Shown here: in pieces, positions 1 to 13,600 of the stretch
Position numbering within the stretch: the stretch's first letter is position 1
Layout of the letters: every line of letters begins with the position of its first letter
Source of the DNA: Cenococcum geophilum
Taxonomy: Eukaryota
Direction: 5' to 3'
NCBI GenBank assembly: GCA_050273025.1
Contig: CP158635.1
Location: forward strand, 2,914,001-2,978,000
Length of the DNA stretch: 64,000 nucleotides
Program-made: the position numbers and the translations under genes
The notes under the pieces: generated by a model
What the model saw: the letters and a program-made list of their open reading frames with translations, nothing else
Told to the model about the DNA's origin: nothing
Databases searched by the model: none

Positions 1-51
1 GCTATTAGGAATATAGTAGGGACCTAATAGTAGTATATCGCGTGTATATAT

Positions 52-1700
52 AAAGGCTTTGTGTAAAGCTTTATATAGAGCCTCTATATATAGGGCTTTG
101 TGTAAAGCCTCGTATAAAGCTTCGCGCAGAGCCTTATGCAAAGCCTCTATATATAAAGCTTTATGTAGAGCTTTGTAGAGCTTTATATAGAGCTTTGTGT
201 AGAGCTTTATATAGAGCTTTATGCAGAGCTTTATATAGAGCTTCGTGTAGAGCCTCTATATATAGAGCTTTGTGTAGAGCTTTATATAGAGCCTTATATA
301 GAGCTTTATATAGAGCTTTATATAGAGCTTCGTGTAGAGCCTTATATAGAGCCTTTATATATAGAGCTTTATATAGAGCCTTATATAGAGCCTTGTGTAA
401 AGCTTTGTATAAAGCTTTATATAGAGCTTTATACAGAGCTTCGTATAGAGCTTTATATAGAGCCTTATATAGAGCCTCGTGCAAAGCTTTATATAAAGCT
501 TTATATAGAGCTTCGTACAGAGCTTCGTATAGAGCTTTGTATAAAGCTTCGTGTAGAGCTTTATATAGAGCCTTTATACGCAGAGCTTTATATAGAGTAT
601 TATGCAAAGCTTTATATAGAGCTTTGTATAGAGCTTTATATAGAGCCTCGTGCGAGCCTCTATACGCAGAGCTTTGTATAGAGCCTCGTGTAGAGCCTCG
701 TATAAAGCTTTATATAGAGCTTCATGTAGAGCTTTATATAGAGCTTTATGTAGAGCTTTATATAGAGCTTTATGTAGAGCTTTATACAGAGCTTTGTATA
801 CGAATTTGTGTAGAACTTCGTATAGAGCCTTATGCAGAGCCTCTATATATAGAGCTTTGTATAGAGCCTCGTATAAAGCCTCGTGTAAAGCTTTGTGTAG
901 AGCTTCGCGCAGAGCTTTATATAGAGCTTCGTATAGAGCTTCGTGCAGAGCTTCGTATAGAGCTTCGTGCAGAGCCTCTATACGTAGAGCTTTGTGTAGA
1001 GCTTCGTGCAGAGCCTTGTGTAGAGCTTTGTATAAAGCTTTATACAGAGCCTTATATAGAGCCTCTATATATAGAGCTTTATATAGAGCCTTGTGTAGAG
1101 CCTCGTATAAAGCTTCGTATAGAGCTTCGTGTAGAGCTTCGTGTAGAGCTTTATATAGAGCTTCGTGCAGAGCTTCGTGCAGAGCTTTATGCAGAGCTTC
1201 GTGCAGAGCTTCGTGCAGAGCTTTATGCAGAGCTTCGTGCAGAGCTTCGTGCAGAGCTTCGTGTAGAGCTTCGTGTAGAGCTTCGTGCAGAGCTTTATGT
1301 AGAGCTTCGTGCAGAGCTTTATGCAGAGCTTTGTGCAGAGCTTCATGTAGAGCTTCGTGTAGAGCCTCGTGCAGAGCTTCGTGTAGAGCCTCGTACAAAG
1401 CCTCTATACGTAAAGCTTCGTGTAGAGCCTCGTATAGAGCCTCGTGCAAAGCTTCGTGTAGAGCTTCGTGCAGAGCTTCGTACAGAGCTTCGTGTAGAGC
1501 TTCGTGTAAAGCTTTATGCAGAGCTTCGTGTAGAGCTTCGTATAGAGCTTTATATAGAGCTTCGTGTAAAGCTTTATACAGAGCCTCTATACGCAGAGCT
1601 TTATATAGAGCCTTATATAGAACCTCGTGTAAAGCTTCGTATAGAGCTTTATATAGAGCTTTGTATAAAGCTTTATATAGAGCTTTATATAGCGCTTTAT
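52..1700. repeat. 12-bp tandem satellite (ancestral unit about GCAGAGCTTCGT, RIP-decayed to ATAGAGCTTTAT)
   Basis: Direct reading of the array. It creates the spurious long RALY/AELR/EALH ORFs. Confidence 0.95.
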
Positions 1701-1746
1701 ACAGTTTTATGGTATTTTTATTATATTTTTATTGCATTTTTATTAC

Positions 1747-1887
1747 AGCCAAAAATTAGGGTTTGCTTAAGTCGCTTAAGTCGCAATTTTAGCAATTTAT
1801 ATAAAGTAGCCTGCAAATCGCTGCAAATCGCCGCAAATTACCAAAGTTGCGACTTAAGCGAGTTAAGCAGACCCCAATTTTCGGCTG
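1747..1887. repeat. Inverted repeat / hairpin with about 52-bp arms
   Basis: CAGCCAAAAATTAGGGTTTGCTTAAGTCGCTTAAGTCGCAATT... pairs with ...AGTTGCGACTTAAGCGAGTTAAGCAGACCCCAATTTTCGGCTG, with mostly transition mismatches. Confidence 0.85.
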
Positions 1888-1980
1888 CAACAACGCGCCC
1901 AAAAAAAAATCCTGATGGAGGAGAAATAATTATAGCTTTTTAGTTATATATAAGAGGAGATACCTTATATACCTGCCTAA

Positions 1981-2404
1981 TATTATAAACGCTTTAAGTA
2001 TAATATTATAACTACTTAGAGAGGAGTCGGAAGAAGCTAGTTAGTTAATTTAGGCACGGTCTAGAATGGAGCCGATAGAACTATATAACGAGGAATAGTA
2101 ACTAAGGTTATATAATGTAATCTATATAATCTATATAATCTATAAGATCTATAATAGAGTAGATAGAGCACACGTTTATTATATATAAGAAGGATTTTAT
2201 AGGAGTACGGTTGTGTATTTAAGGACCCTTAGTCCCTACCTAGATAGTTCCTTTTTTATAGTAATTCTCAGAATATAATTAGAGTTAATCTATTAGGCAA
2301 CCACTCCACCAGTTATTATTACGTTGTTAACTTTAATTTATATTACCTATACACCTAGCCTATTAATAAGCCTATTATAGTACTTGCTACAAGGTTCCGT
2401 TATA
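1981..2404 (+). repeat. 5' LTR of element A
   Basis: Near-identical to 17447-17870. Confidence 0.95.
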
Positions 2405-2449
2405 TAATTATTACCTAGTTACGGTATTAAATATAGAAAGTTAAATAAC

Positions 2450-4705
2450 ATGCTACTAAAAGCAGCCACTATAACGCTATTAACGGCGGTAACTACTTTA
2501 AGGTTAGGTAACGACACTAGTATAGCAGACACTAACTTATAGCAACCTATAACGGTTGGACAATTATAAGAAATAGTTAACTAGTTAATAACTAACAATG
2601 CAGTATTAGAAGAAAGGGTTAATAGGATAGGAGCGGCGAAGATTAAGTTACCATTAATCGAAAGATACTTAGGAGAGCGATTAAAACTTAAAGGATTTCT
2701 TACGTAAATGCACTTTAAAGTTATATAAGAAGGGGTAAAGCTGCTAACACCTATAGATTGAATAGCGTATGCGGGACTATTCCTATTAGGAAGAGTACTT
2801 AAGTAGTTTAAGCCTTACCTTATAGAAATATAAGTAAATAGAATAACGACCACTAATTAAGAAGTGCGGTTTATATTCTTAAGCTAGGAAGGGTTTACAG
2901 AGCAACTTATATAAATGTTTAGAGACCTAAAGGCAGTAACTATAGCGGAAAGAAGGCTTTAAGACATTATATAATAAACCTTAGCAATTAAGTATATAAC
3001 GTAGTTCTAGACGTTAGTAATATAAATAGAGTAGAATAATAGGGCGCTTATGGCATAGTATAAGTAAGGACTTAAGGCTAAAGTCTAGGACGTAATTATC
3101 CTAATAGAAGATACGGATACCCTAGGGAACTAATAGATTAAGCGATTAAGATTAACAATTAGATCTACTAAAGGGAATAGGCTAAGAGAGGCTAGGATAG
3201 AGTTCTATAGTTATATAAGGCGTAAAGCACATAACGACTAAAGCTAAGTTAAAAACTATAGTATAGCGCAGAGCTAATAGACCTAAGTAGTACTAAAGAA
3301 TCTAGAAGATAAAATAAGAAATTATAGAAACCTAGAGGGTAAGGATTAAGTAATTAAAGACCTAAGGAGCATAGGCTAAACCAGGGATCTTAGTAGTAGA
3401 AGACGTTTAGGCGGACTCTATAATAAGAAAAATGGTTTAAAGAAGGAGCTTATATAAATTGCGGAAAATAAGGTTATTATATTAAAGACTATAAAAGTAG
3501 GTAGAGTTACTATATAGTAAAAGGGATAAGACTAGTAGACGATATATATATACAGAAGGATAATAATATACTACGAGGAATAAAAGAATGTTTAATTAGA
3601 AGTTTTGCGTTCTATTATAATAACACATACCAAATTTATAAGGACGCTAAGTACGGCGTAAGCTATTAGCTATAGGAGCTATACTTAGCAGAATATAGAG
3701 GAACTAATAAACTAGTTCACAGATCGGACATTAGGGACGATAAATTTAATATAGGCGAAACATTCCGTAACAATAAGGTAATAAGAGCGGTTTACTAGAA
3801 ACACATAGCTATTAAAAATATTATACTAGAGGTAGAGGATAATTCCGCTATAGAGTAAGGAATATTAGTAGGGATTAAGACCCTACTAGACATAATGTTT
3901 ATCGCTTCGTAAGACGTAAGAGAAGTAGGACAGCGAGCTACTTTAGCACTTAATAAAGGCAAAAGGCCACAAGCTTAAGACTCTTAAGATAAGATGCGAG
4001 ACGTCTAAGACTTTTAAGACGAGATAAGGCAAGCTTAAGGACTTATAATAGACGATAACCGATAGAGCAGAGCAACGGCTTAGTTTAGTAATATATAAAT
4101 AAGCTTAGGACGAAATTTCCTAAAGGTATAAGACTCTTAAGATAAGATAAGTGAGATTTAAGACTCTTAAAACGAGATAAGAACACTAGTAAAGCCTAGT
4201 TAGACTAAGGCTGGAGCTAAGCTTAAGCTAAAAGCAAGCTTAGGATTAAAGAATTTAAGGGACTAAGAATTTAGAGTATAAATAAGGACACCTATAAGCA
4301 AAAGATAAAGGATTAGAGAATCCGCAATATAAATAGTAGTTAGACTAGGAGACAGATATATGGACCTAGAAGACTTACTAAAAGAACACAGTGTTTGGCC
4401 TAAAGATTAAAATGTTAATACTAAGATTAAGAAGTAAGAAGACTTTAAGGATCTATCTATAAGACGTAAACCAAAAGAAACTATAGAAGAATTTAGGCGA
4501 AGAATTATCGTATAGCAAGAACAGAAACTAGATAAGAGATCTAGTATATTAGGACGTATAAGGGACAGAGCACTAGTATAAAGAATTACTAATAGGCTTA
4601 AGGTAGGCATACTAAGAGCTAAGTGGCTTACTAAACTGGAAAACGAAGAGGATCTAGGGATTCCTACTAGGTTTAAAGAACGACATATAAAGGGCTGTTA
4701 TAACG
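2450..4705 (+). pseudogene. gag and gag-extension of element A
   Basis: Retrotransposon-gag-like remnant (ERYLGERLKLKGFLT) and a degraded CCHC knuckle near 3450-3495; many RIP stops. Confidence 0.7.
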
Positions 4706-4994
4706 TACATCGGCAAAATATGGTACCCTTTCAATGGCCTCAATGGTTGGTGGTTGACGCAATTGGCGCGCAGTTGAGGTCATTTGGCAACTCGACCGAC
4801 TAGCCTATGTCGTGTTTTTTTAACACGCAGCCTGCGCGCAATCTGCGCATTTGGCAACCATAATTATATTTACCTCTTTTATACTAATAGCATATTTTAA
4901 ATAAATAAAAGCTATTTTAAAGCTATTTATAAGGCTAGCAAAATAAATATTATTATTTTAGATAATTTAATATAATATAGCGATAGTTCTCTTC

Positions 4995-5280
4995 TACCTA
5001 TCTACCTATTGACTTACCTACCTGCCTGCATCGCCTACCTGTCTGCATTACCTACCTGTCTGCATTGCCTACCTATCTGCATTGCCTACCTGTCTGCATT
5101 GCCTACCTGTCTGCATTGCCTATCTGTCTGCATTGCCTACCTGTCTGCATCGCCTACCTGTTTGCATCTGCCTACCTGTCTATATCTGCCTACCCGTCAG
5201 CATCTGCCTACCTGTCTGCATCTGCTTGCCTGTCTGCATCTGCTTACCTGTCTGTATCTGCCTACCTGTCTGTGCTACCT
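4995..5280. repeat. 17/18-bp tandem repeat (CCTACCTGTCTGCATTG / CCTACCTGTCTGCATCTG)
   Basis: Direct reading. Confidence 0.95.
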
Positions 5281-5523
5281 TGATTCGATCAATTGATCGA
5301 ATCGTTTATAGTGTTCGCTGGCTAGTCGTTGTCGTCTGGTTCTGGCGACGGTCGTCTGGTTCTAGCGATAGTCATCTAGTTCTAGCAACGGTCCTCTGCT
5401 GGCTGCCGTTCTAGTGCCTCCCTAGGTAGGGAGGATGTAAGGAAGGAAGGAATGGTAAAAAATAAGGCGGCTACATAGGCAGAGACACGTGTAGACGCTA
5501 TCGGGAATATAGCGGGGACCCGA

Positions 5524-6271
5524 TGCAGAGCTTCGTGTAGAGCCTCCGTACGCAGAGCTTCGCGCAGAGCCTTGTGCAGAGCCTCTGTACGTAGAGCTTC
5601 GTATAGAGCTTCGTGTAGAGCTTCGTGTAGAGCCTCCGTATGCAGAGCTTCGCGCAGAGCCTCGTGCAGAGCTTCGTGTAGAGCCTCCGTACGCAGAGCT
5701 TCGCGCAGAGCCTCGTGCAGAGCTTCGTGCAGAGCTTCGTGCAGAGCTTCGTGCAGAGCCTCCGTACGCAGAGCCTCGCGCAGAGCCTCGCGCAGAGCCT
5801 CGCGCAGAGCCTCGCGCAGAGCCTCGTGCAGAGCCTCTGTACGTAGAGCTTCGTGCAGAGCTTCGTGCAGAGCTTCGTGCAGAGCTTCGTGCAGAGCCTC
5901 CGTACGCAGAGCCTCGCGCAGAGCCTCGCGCAGAGCTTCGTGCAGAGCTTCGTGCAGAGCTTCGTGCAGAGCTTCGTGCAGAGCTTCGTGCAGAGCTTCG
6001 TGCAGAGCTTCGTGCAGAGCTTCGTGCAGAGCCTCCGTACGCAGAGCCTCGCGCAGAGCTTCGTGCAGAGCCTCTACGTAGAGCTTCGTGCAGAGCCTCC
6101 GTACGCAGAGCTTCGCGCAGAGCCTCGTGCAGAGCCTCTGTACGTAGAGCTTCGTGTAGAGCTTCGTGTAGAGCTTCGTGTAGAGCTTCGTAGAGCTTCG
6201 TGTAGAGCTTCGTGTAGAGCTTCGTGTAGAGCTTCGTGTAGAGCTTCGTGTAGAGCCTCGTGCAGAGCCTC
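5524..6271. repeat. 12-bp tandem satellite GCAGAGCTTCGT, little RIP
   Basis: Direct reading; same family as 52-1700. Confidence 0.95.
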
Positions 6272-6329
6272 TAAGTAATAAGACTATGTAAGATTATATA
6301 AGATTGCGTAATTGGCATATAACTCTACC

Positions 6330-6610
6330 TTAATTGCATGTCAAGGAATATACAGTTAGCTTTTAAAGTTGTTAATTAGGTTAACTGCGTGTCAAGGAAT
6401 ATGCAGTTAGCTTTTAAAGTTGTTAAGTTAGTTAATTGCGTATTAAGTTAGTTAAATTACATATTAAGTTAGTTAATTGCGTATTAAGTTGGTTAAATTG
6501 CATATCAAGTTGGTCAATTGCGTATTAAGTTGGTTTAATTGTATGTTAAGTTGGTCAATTACGTGTCAAGTTGGTCAATTGCGTGTTAAGTTGGTTAAAT
6601 TGCATGTTAA
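6330..6610. repeat. 20-bp tandem repeat (about GTCAAGTTGGTCAATTGCGT)
   Basis: Direct reading, with RIP variants. Confidence 0.85.
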
Positions 6611-7399
6611 TTACGCGAAACGCGCCACACAAAGTCTACTTGAATCTCATCCTGCGAATATTTTCCCGATGTAGTAATGAGAAGATACTTCCTTATGGAT
6701 AAGCTGTATATACTCTAATAGCTATACTAAAAGTGGTATAGACAGCGACACAATAATAAGTAGGAAGATTTCTATATATAGTTAGATAAACAAGTTATCT
6801 AAGACTACCTAATTACAGAAAAGGCCATAACTTATATTAAAGGAGCCTTAATTATAACATTAAAGGATCTAAAGGAATAATTAGAGAACTAGAGGAGCGA
6901 GAGGCGTATCTTAGTACCTATAAATAAAGTTATAACGTTCAGATTAATATAGTAAAGGTTTAAACTTAAAAATAAAGACGAGTTAAGAGTTAACCTAAAG
7001 CACCTAGCATATTATACGCTATTATGGATTGTATACGTGGACGATATATATAAAATGCATAAAAATCCAAAGGAAAAGAATTGGAAATACCCTATAAGGA
7101 TATATTGGGCGCTAGATAAGCGATAGTATAAGAATGCTAAGTATATACACGGCTAGCATCTAACCAAAGTTTAAGAATTAGGAGATTTAATACTTTAACT
7201 AGGAAGATTCCTTACGGAAGAATGCTTAGACGGATAATAGTAGTAGGAATGCCTAGAGAACACGTATTTATGGTATATTAAAGATAAAAAGTAAACTAGG
7301 TATTAGCTAAAGAGTAAGCTAAGTATAATAGGATTAAGTAGCTAATAGTTAGAAAAAGTAGAGGCCTATAGGACTAGAGGGAGCTAGTAGTAAAGCCTT

Positions 7400-10300
7400 A
7401 GACCCTTAAAGGAATTTAAGGGCAATACCTAAATTTATAAGTTAAATAGCAAGATTAGTAGTTTAAAGCGCTAATAGATAGTAAAGTAACGCGAAACTAT
7501 ATCTTACTAGCAGTAGTTAAGAGAATAGGATTACCTTATAGATAGAAGGAACAACTTTACCTATTAGTTATAATTTTAGGAGATCTAATAGCCTATAGAG
7601 GAGGGATTATTAATCTTAAAACCGGACCTATTTAGTTAACTATTAAAGGGAGACAAATTAAGATATCTTTTAATATCCTACCGTTGGGACGGGATAAGGT
7701 AGTGTTAGGGATGCCTTAGTTATAGGAATATAATTTAAAGATTAATTGGATTATAGGTTAGGTCGATATTAGAGATACTTAACGCTATAAAATACAATAG
7801 TAAACTAAGTTAGAGCGATATACGAAGAAACTGAGTGAGGCTTAAGTTATATACCAAAAAGATACTATAAGTATAGCAAGAAACTATAGTTACTAAAAAG
7901 TAAAAAGCTGTTAAAGTATATAGCATGGGACTATAAGATAGAGTTAGAACTAGGAATAAGTCTAAGGTTCTTTTTAACCTATAAGCTTACTAAAGAAGAA
8001 GGTAGAGCATTAAAAGAGTTTATCTAGGAAAATCTATAAAAGGGATATATTAGACCATCGCAGTTATTAGTGGGTTATCTAGTACTATTTGTACCAAAGA
8101 AAAATAGTAAACTAAGGCTGTGTATTGACTATAAACAGTTAAACAGCATTACTAGAAAGGATAGATATCCTTTACCCTTAATTAGCGAAATTTAAGATAG
8201 AATAGGTAACGTATAAATCTTTACGAAGATAGATCTAAGATAGGCGTACCATTAAATTAGAATTAAGGAAGGTAATAAATAGAAGGCAGCTTTTAGATTA
8301 AAGAAAGGGCTATATAAACTATTAGTTATGTAATTTGGGCTTATAAACGCACTAGTAATGTTTTAGAAGCGTATTAATAATATATTAGGAGAACACTTGG
8401 ATAAATTTGTTATAGTATACCTTAACGATATTATTATCTACTTAATAACTAAGGAAGAATACGGAGAATATATTAAATGGGTTTTAAAGAGATTATAAGA
8501 AGAACAGATGCTAATAGCAATTGAGAAATACGAGTTCTTTACTAAGAAGACTAATTTCGTTAGATTTATTATTAAACTAGGCTGACTTAGCATAGATCTA
8601 AAGAAGATTAAGGCTATAGTGAATTAGTAAGAACTAGAGAACGTTACGCAGTTAAGATTGTTTTTAGGGTTTTATAATTACTATAGAAGGTTTATAGCGT
8701 AATAGTTAAAGAATATTAAACTATTTACGCAATTAACGAAGAAAGAAGAACTATAGGCATGGGGAGAGGAATAGTGGAAATTGTTTAAGAAAGTTAAAGA
8801 ATTGTTTACTTAGGAGCTAGTTCTTAAAATCTATTAACTAGGACTAGAGACGGTTGTAGAAATAGATGCATTAGACTTTATACTAGGGGCGTACTTTATA
8901 TAGAAATATTAAGATAAATAGCACCTAGTAGCATATTACAGTCGGAAGATAATACTACTAGAGTTAAACTATAACATCTACAATAAGGAGTTATTAGGTA
9001 TAGTTATAGCACTAAAGAAATAGAGAGCATTCTTACAAGGTATAGAGAAACTATTTATAGTTAAGACGGATTATAAGAACCTAATAGGATTCCTAATAAT
9101 AAAGGAACTCAACTAAAGATAGGTTAAATGGGTAGAGATGCTTATAAAATACTATTTTAAGATTTAGCACACTAAGGGTATAGACAACACGCGAGCAGAC
9201 GCTTTAAGTTAAAAGGCTAAACTATAAAATGACGAAAAGCCATTAGGGGCTTTACTGCGAAAAGACATAAACGGATTAATTAGGTATAATTATCCGAAAA
9301 TTGTAGCAACTTAAGAAGACGATAAGTTAGGAAAAGTCTACGAGACACTAAAAAGCTTTTGGGTATAAAGAATTCTAAAAATATAGCTAAAAGATCCACA
9401 GACGGAAATATATAAAAATTGAGAAGTAAAGTATATCCTAAGAAGCATAGCAGAGTATTTCGTGGAAGACTTCTATAAGGGAATGACTTAGGGACATAAT
9501 AGGGCCATAGGCTTAGTGTTAAGACTCTAGGAAGAGTATATTATTAACAGAATCTGGAATATTATAAAAAAAGTAATAAAAGAGTATTTAGATTGCTAAA
9601 GGAATAAACTAATAAGGTATAAGCTATATAGAGAGCTACAGCCTATTAAAATACTAGAGAGACCATAGGAAGTTATATTATAGGACTTTATTATTAAGTT
9701 ACTAAAGTTAAGAGACCCTATTACCGGATAAGATTATAACGCGATTTTAGTAATAGTAGATAAGCTTATAAAGTGGGGATACTTTATAGCATATATAGAA
9801 GAAATATTAGCAGAAGATATTGCTAAAATCTATATTAAAGAAGTGTTTATAAGACACGGAGCACTAAGTAAGATTATATTAGATAGAGATTTAAGATTTA
9901 TAGCAGCATTTTAGGAAGTATTCTTAGCAGAATAAGGAGTTTAAATAGCAACTTTTACTATATATTATCTATAGACAGACGGTTAAATAGAAAGATTAAA
10001 TTAGACGCTAGAATAGTATTTAAGGTACTATGTTAATTATATATAGAATAATTAGGTATTACTATTACTAGTTATATAGTTTACATATAATGCAACACCT
10101 TAAGAAGGAATAGGTATATTACTATTTAAGGCAAATTATGGGTATAAGCTAAGAATATTGTTGTTACTATAGTAAGCGAAGAAAATGAGTAGTATAGCTA
10201 AAGAAAGAATAAAGATATTAATAAATCTTTATATAGACCTTATGGAATTAGTAAAGAAAGTATAAGAGAGAATAAAAAAGTACTATAACGTTAAAAGATC

Positions 10301-10638
10301 TAAGGGACCAGATTTTAAGGAGGGAGATAAAGTATGGCTACTATATAAAAATTTTAAGAGTTAACAACTAAGTAAGAAGTTAGACTAAGTTAGACTAGGA
10401 CCTTTTAAAATTATATAAAGGATTTTACTAGTTATATTTAAGTTAAACCTACTAGCTAAGATAAAGATCTACCCTATATAACATATTGTAATGCTAGAGC
10501 TAGTATATAGGAATATTAAGCTACTAGTTTACGAAGTAGATATATATAGAGGATAGAAAGAAAATAAATAGTAAGTTTTAAAGATTGTTAGTTATAAGGA
10601 TATTAATAATAAAATATAGTACGAGGTTAAGTGGATAG
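7400..10638 (+). pseudogene. pol of element A (protease, RT, RNase H, integrase, N-half of chromodomain)
   Basis: ALIDS near 7470; KGYIRPS...[20 protein letters not shown] near 8040-8145; YLNDIIIY near 8420; IYNKELL near 8980; integrase core about 9480-10100; chromodomain YEVKWI|GY split by element B. Confidence 0.9.
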
Positions 10639-13600
10639 TGTTACGGCACTGGCAGAACTTGGCAGAACCACGCACCGGCAAGTTGCCACAGATTGCCGCA
10701 TATTGCGGTCACGTGACGCGAAGATCGTATATAGCTTTGAGCGGCGCTCCCCTTCTTCTCCTTTCCTTTCTTTAGCTTTAGATTCTCGTTTATAGACAAT
10801 CCAATCATATAGGCTTGCGCGACCCTTTTGCCGTGCTTATGTCTCGATTAACTAAGTCGCTAATATTATCTAAAGCTTACTCTACTCTTTCTTCCTAAGA
10901 AGGAACTTAAATATATCTACGAGAACACAGAATAGGACCCTAAGGACATTACTAGGACCATAAAGATAGGACCTAAAAGAAAAGAATAGAACCCTAAGGA
11001 AAGGACCTATAAGATATATATAGACCAGAACCCCTAAAGAAATTACCCGGAATTACCTAATACCCCTACTACTATGCCACGAACCACAGCAGTAGGTAAA
11101 GCAGCTGTAGGACCCTTAAATACTTTAAATGAAGAAATAATTAACGTTTTAACCCCCTAGGCGGAGCTTACGGCTGCTATACCGAAATTAAACGATTGCG
11201 AGAGCTGCTTAAAGCCAGAGATACCCCTGTATCTAATAATGAGTTATTATTAAATAACTAAAGACTTATTATAGTCCTTTAGGCCCTATTTTAGCGCCTT
11301 AGTGGGGGGTCTAAGGTCTATGCCGCACTAAAGCGGTTAGTAAAGGTCGTGAACCCCCTACTACTTATAGACGGAACTAACCCTATATTTAATAATTGGA
11401 AGCTTTAATTACGGGATAAGCTTAAAGTTAATGTAGACTACTTCCCTAACGCCTAAGCTAGAATGGCCTATGTCTTTGGCCGTACTGGCGGAGACGCCCA
11501 GACGTATTTACGCCCGCAATACACTAAAGACTTAGCAGACCCCTTTATCTCTAAAGAAGAAATAATTAAATACTTATCTTTTATTTATAAAGACCCTTTT
11601 AAAGTATAGAACGCCTGCCTTAGCTATAAAAGCCTAAATATAAAAATAACGGAGACCTTTTCGGCCTTCTAAACCCGCTTTCTACACCTGGCCGGACAGG
11701 CCTAGATCCCCTAGGAAGACTTACTACTAGACCTCTTTAACAAGCTTATTTTAGACCTACAGCGGGCCGTATTGCCAGCTTATACTATAGTATAGATATT
11801 AAAGGAACTTATAGACCATTGCCTAGCTATTAACTAAGGCCTCTGTTAAATTAAGGCACGCGCTGACCGGCTAAAAACTAGAAACCTTGTAAACTAGGCC
11901 GCAAGTACTATAAGTATAGCCCGTAGTGCCCCGGCACGATTGGCAACTCCTACAGCCAACCCGGTAGCTAGCCGCGCAGCTACCCTTACTGCGGGCCTAG
12001 TGTACACCCAGCCTATATACAGCGACCCCTGTATACAGGCCCTTAGCGATTAAGAAGCTTACTTCTCGTGCAGTTAAATAGGCTACCCTATAAGGAACTG
12101 CCTAATAAAGGCAAAGATAAATAAGGTCCTGTTAATTTAGGAGGACAGCACGGAGCCGGAAAAAGAGGAACCTTAGAGGAAGACTCCTCTCTAGGGTTAA
12201 AAGGGATCGATATGTTATATATTAATCTAGGTCGGCTAATTAGTAGAAGAAGCTGCACTATCCCTTGTACTTTATTTTGTAATAGATATTAAGTTTTAAC
12301 CTTTGCGTTAGCTAACTTAGGAGTAAATATCTTTACCTTAATTAATATAAAGTGCGCTGTAAAACTAGCTAACTTTTTAAATACACCCTTTAAAGAACTG
12401 CCTAAACTAATCCCTATTTGCGGTTATAACGGATAAATAGGGCTACCTATTATAACTATCTTGCGGATCTACCTCCGCGTTAATAGACAAAGGTAGTATA
12501 ACGTCCCCTTTCTTATTACGGACTTAGGAAGCCACAATATAATCTTAGGAAGAAAATATCTAGCCTATTTAGGCTTGCAGCTTAAAGTACGGAGTAGACG
12601 GCTTATCTAGCCTAAAACTCTACCCCTAACCCCTTCCTTTATAAAAGAAATTAGTATTATAATAGAAAACCTTATACGGCCCTAGATTAATACCATTTAC
12701 TAGGCCGATGCTATACGCAGAGACTAGGCCTTTAAGAAGGACGTATAGCTCGACCCGTAACGGATCCGTATACTACGCCGCCCTTAGACTACCTATATTA
12801 CGCTACCCGCACTAAAGACCTAGAGAGTCGGTAGTAACCTAGCTAAGTTCCCTACGGAGAACCCTATAAAGCCATAAAGGAAAGCTAGGGATATTAGACG
12901 CCCTACTAAACTAATAGATAGGAAGGACAATTTATGAAAAATAGAACGTAAGCTAAGGAAGACTATAAACCCTATACCGCAAACCACGGCCTAACGGACG
13001 CTAAAGAAACCTACGGACCTCCCACCAGTTAATGTCTGCTATATTAGCGCTGTAGGATTCTACCAGAACCTGGTTTAGCCTAATACCGTTACCTTTATAA
13101 CTAGCCTATACAAAATTAACTAAATAATTAAGGAAAAGGAAAGCGAGCTTAGTAGATAGGAAAGTGGGCTTATAGATAAAGAACTAGTGGAGTAAAAACT
13201 GCTTAATTAACACTGGAAATTTAAGGACGTATTCTCTAAGGTAGCGTCTAATATGCTTCTACCCTACTAACTATATAACTATAAGATCGAGATTAAGCAA
13301 GATAAGGGAAGCACCCTTAGCTTTAGCCCTCTCTACCTATAGTCTATTGCCGAATTATAAGCTATAAAGTAGTACCTTATTAACAACCTAAATAAGGGCT
13401 TTATTGAGCCTAGCCAAGCCCCTTTTAACTTACCTATTCTCTTTGTTAAAAAGCTAAATAGAGGACTGCGCTTCTGTATTAACTACCGTAAGCTAAATAA
13501 TATAACCCGTAAGGACCGCTACCCGCTGCCCTTACTTAATGAGACTCTTACCTAAATAAGTAGAGCTAAGGTTTTTATAAAGCTTAATATCCGCTAGGCC

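Larger units (their letters stand above)
4708..6671. mobile_element. Non-autonomous TIR element filled with tandem repeats, inserted in element A
   Basis: TA|CATCGGCAAAATAT ... ATATTTTCCCGATG|TA (14-bp TIR, 1 mismatch). Gypsy-like sequence resumes after it, and it is much less RIP-mutated than its flanks. Confidence 0.75.

Noticed and set aside
161..1943. Long ORFs of 148-582 aa on both strands
   Set aside because: They are translations of a stop-free 12-bp satellite, open in several frames at once.
5009..6674. Cys-rich and Arg-rich ORFs
   Set aside because: Products of the 17/18-, 12- and 20-bp tandem repeats.
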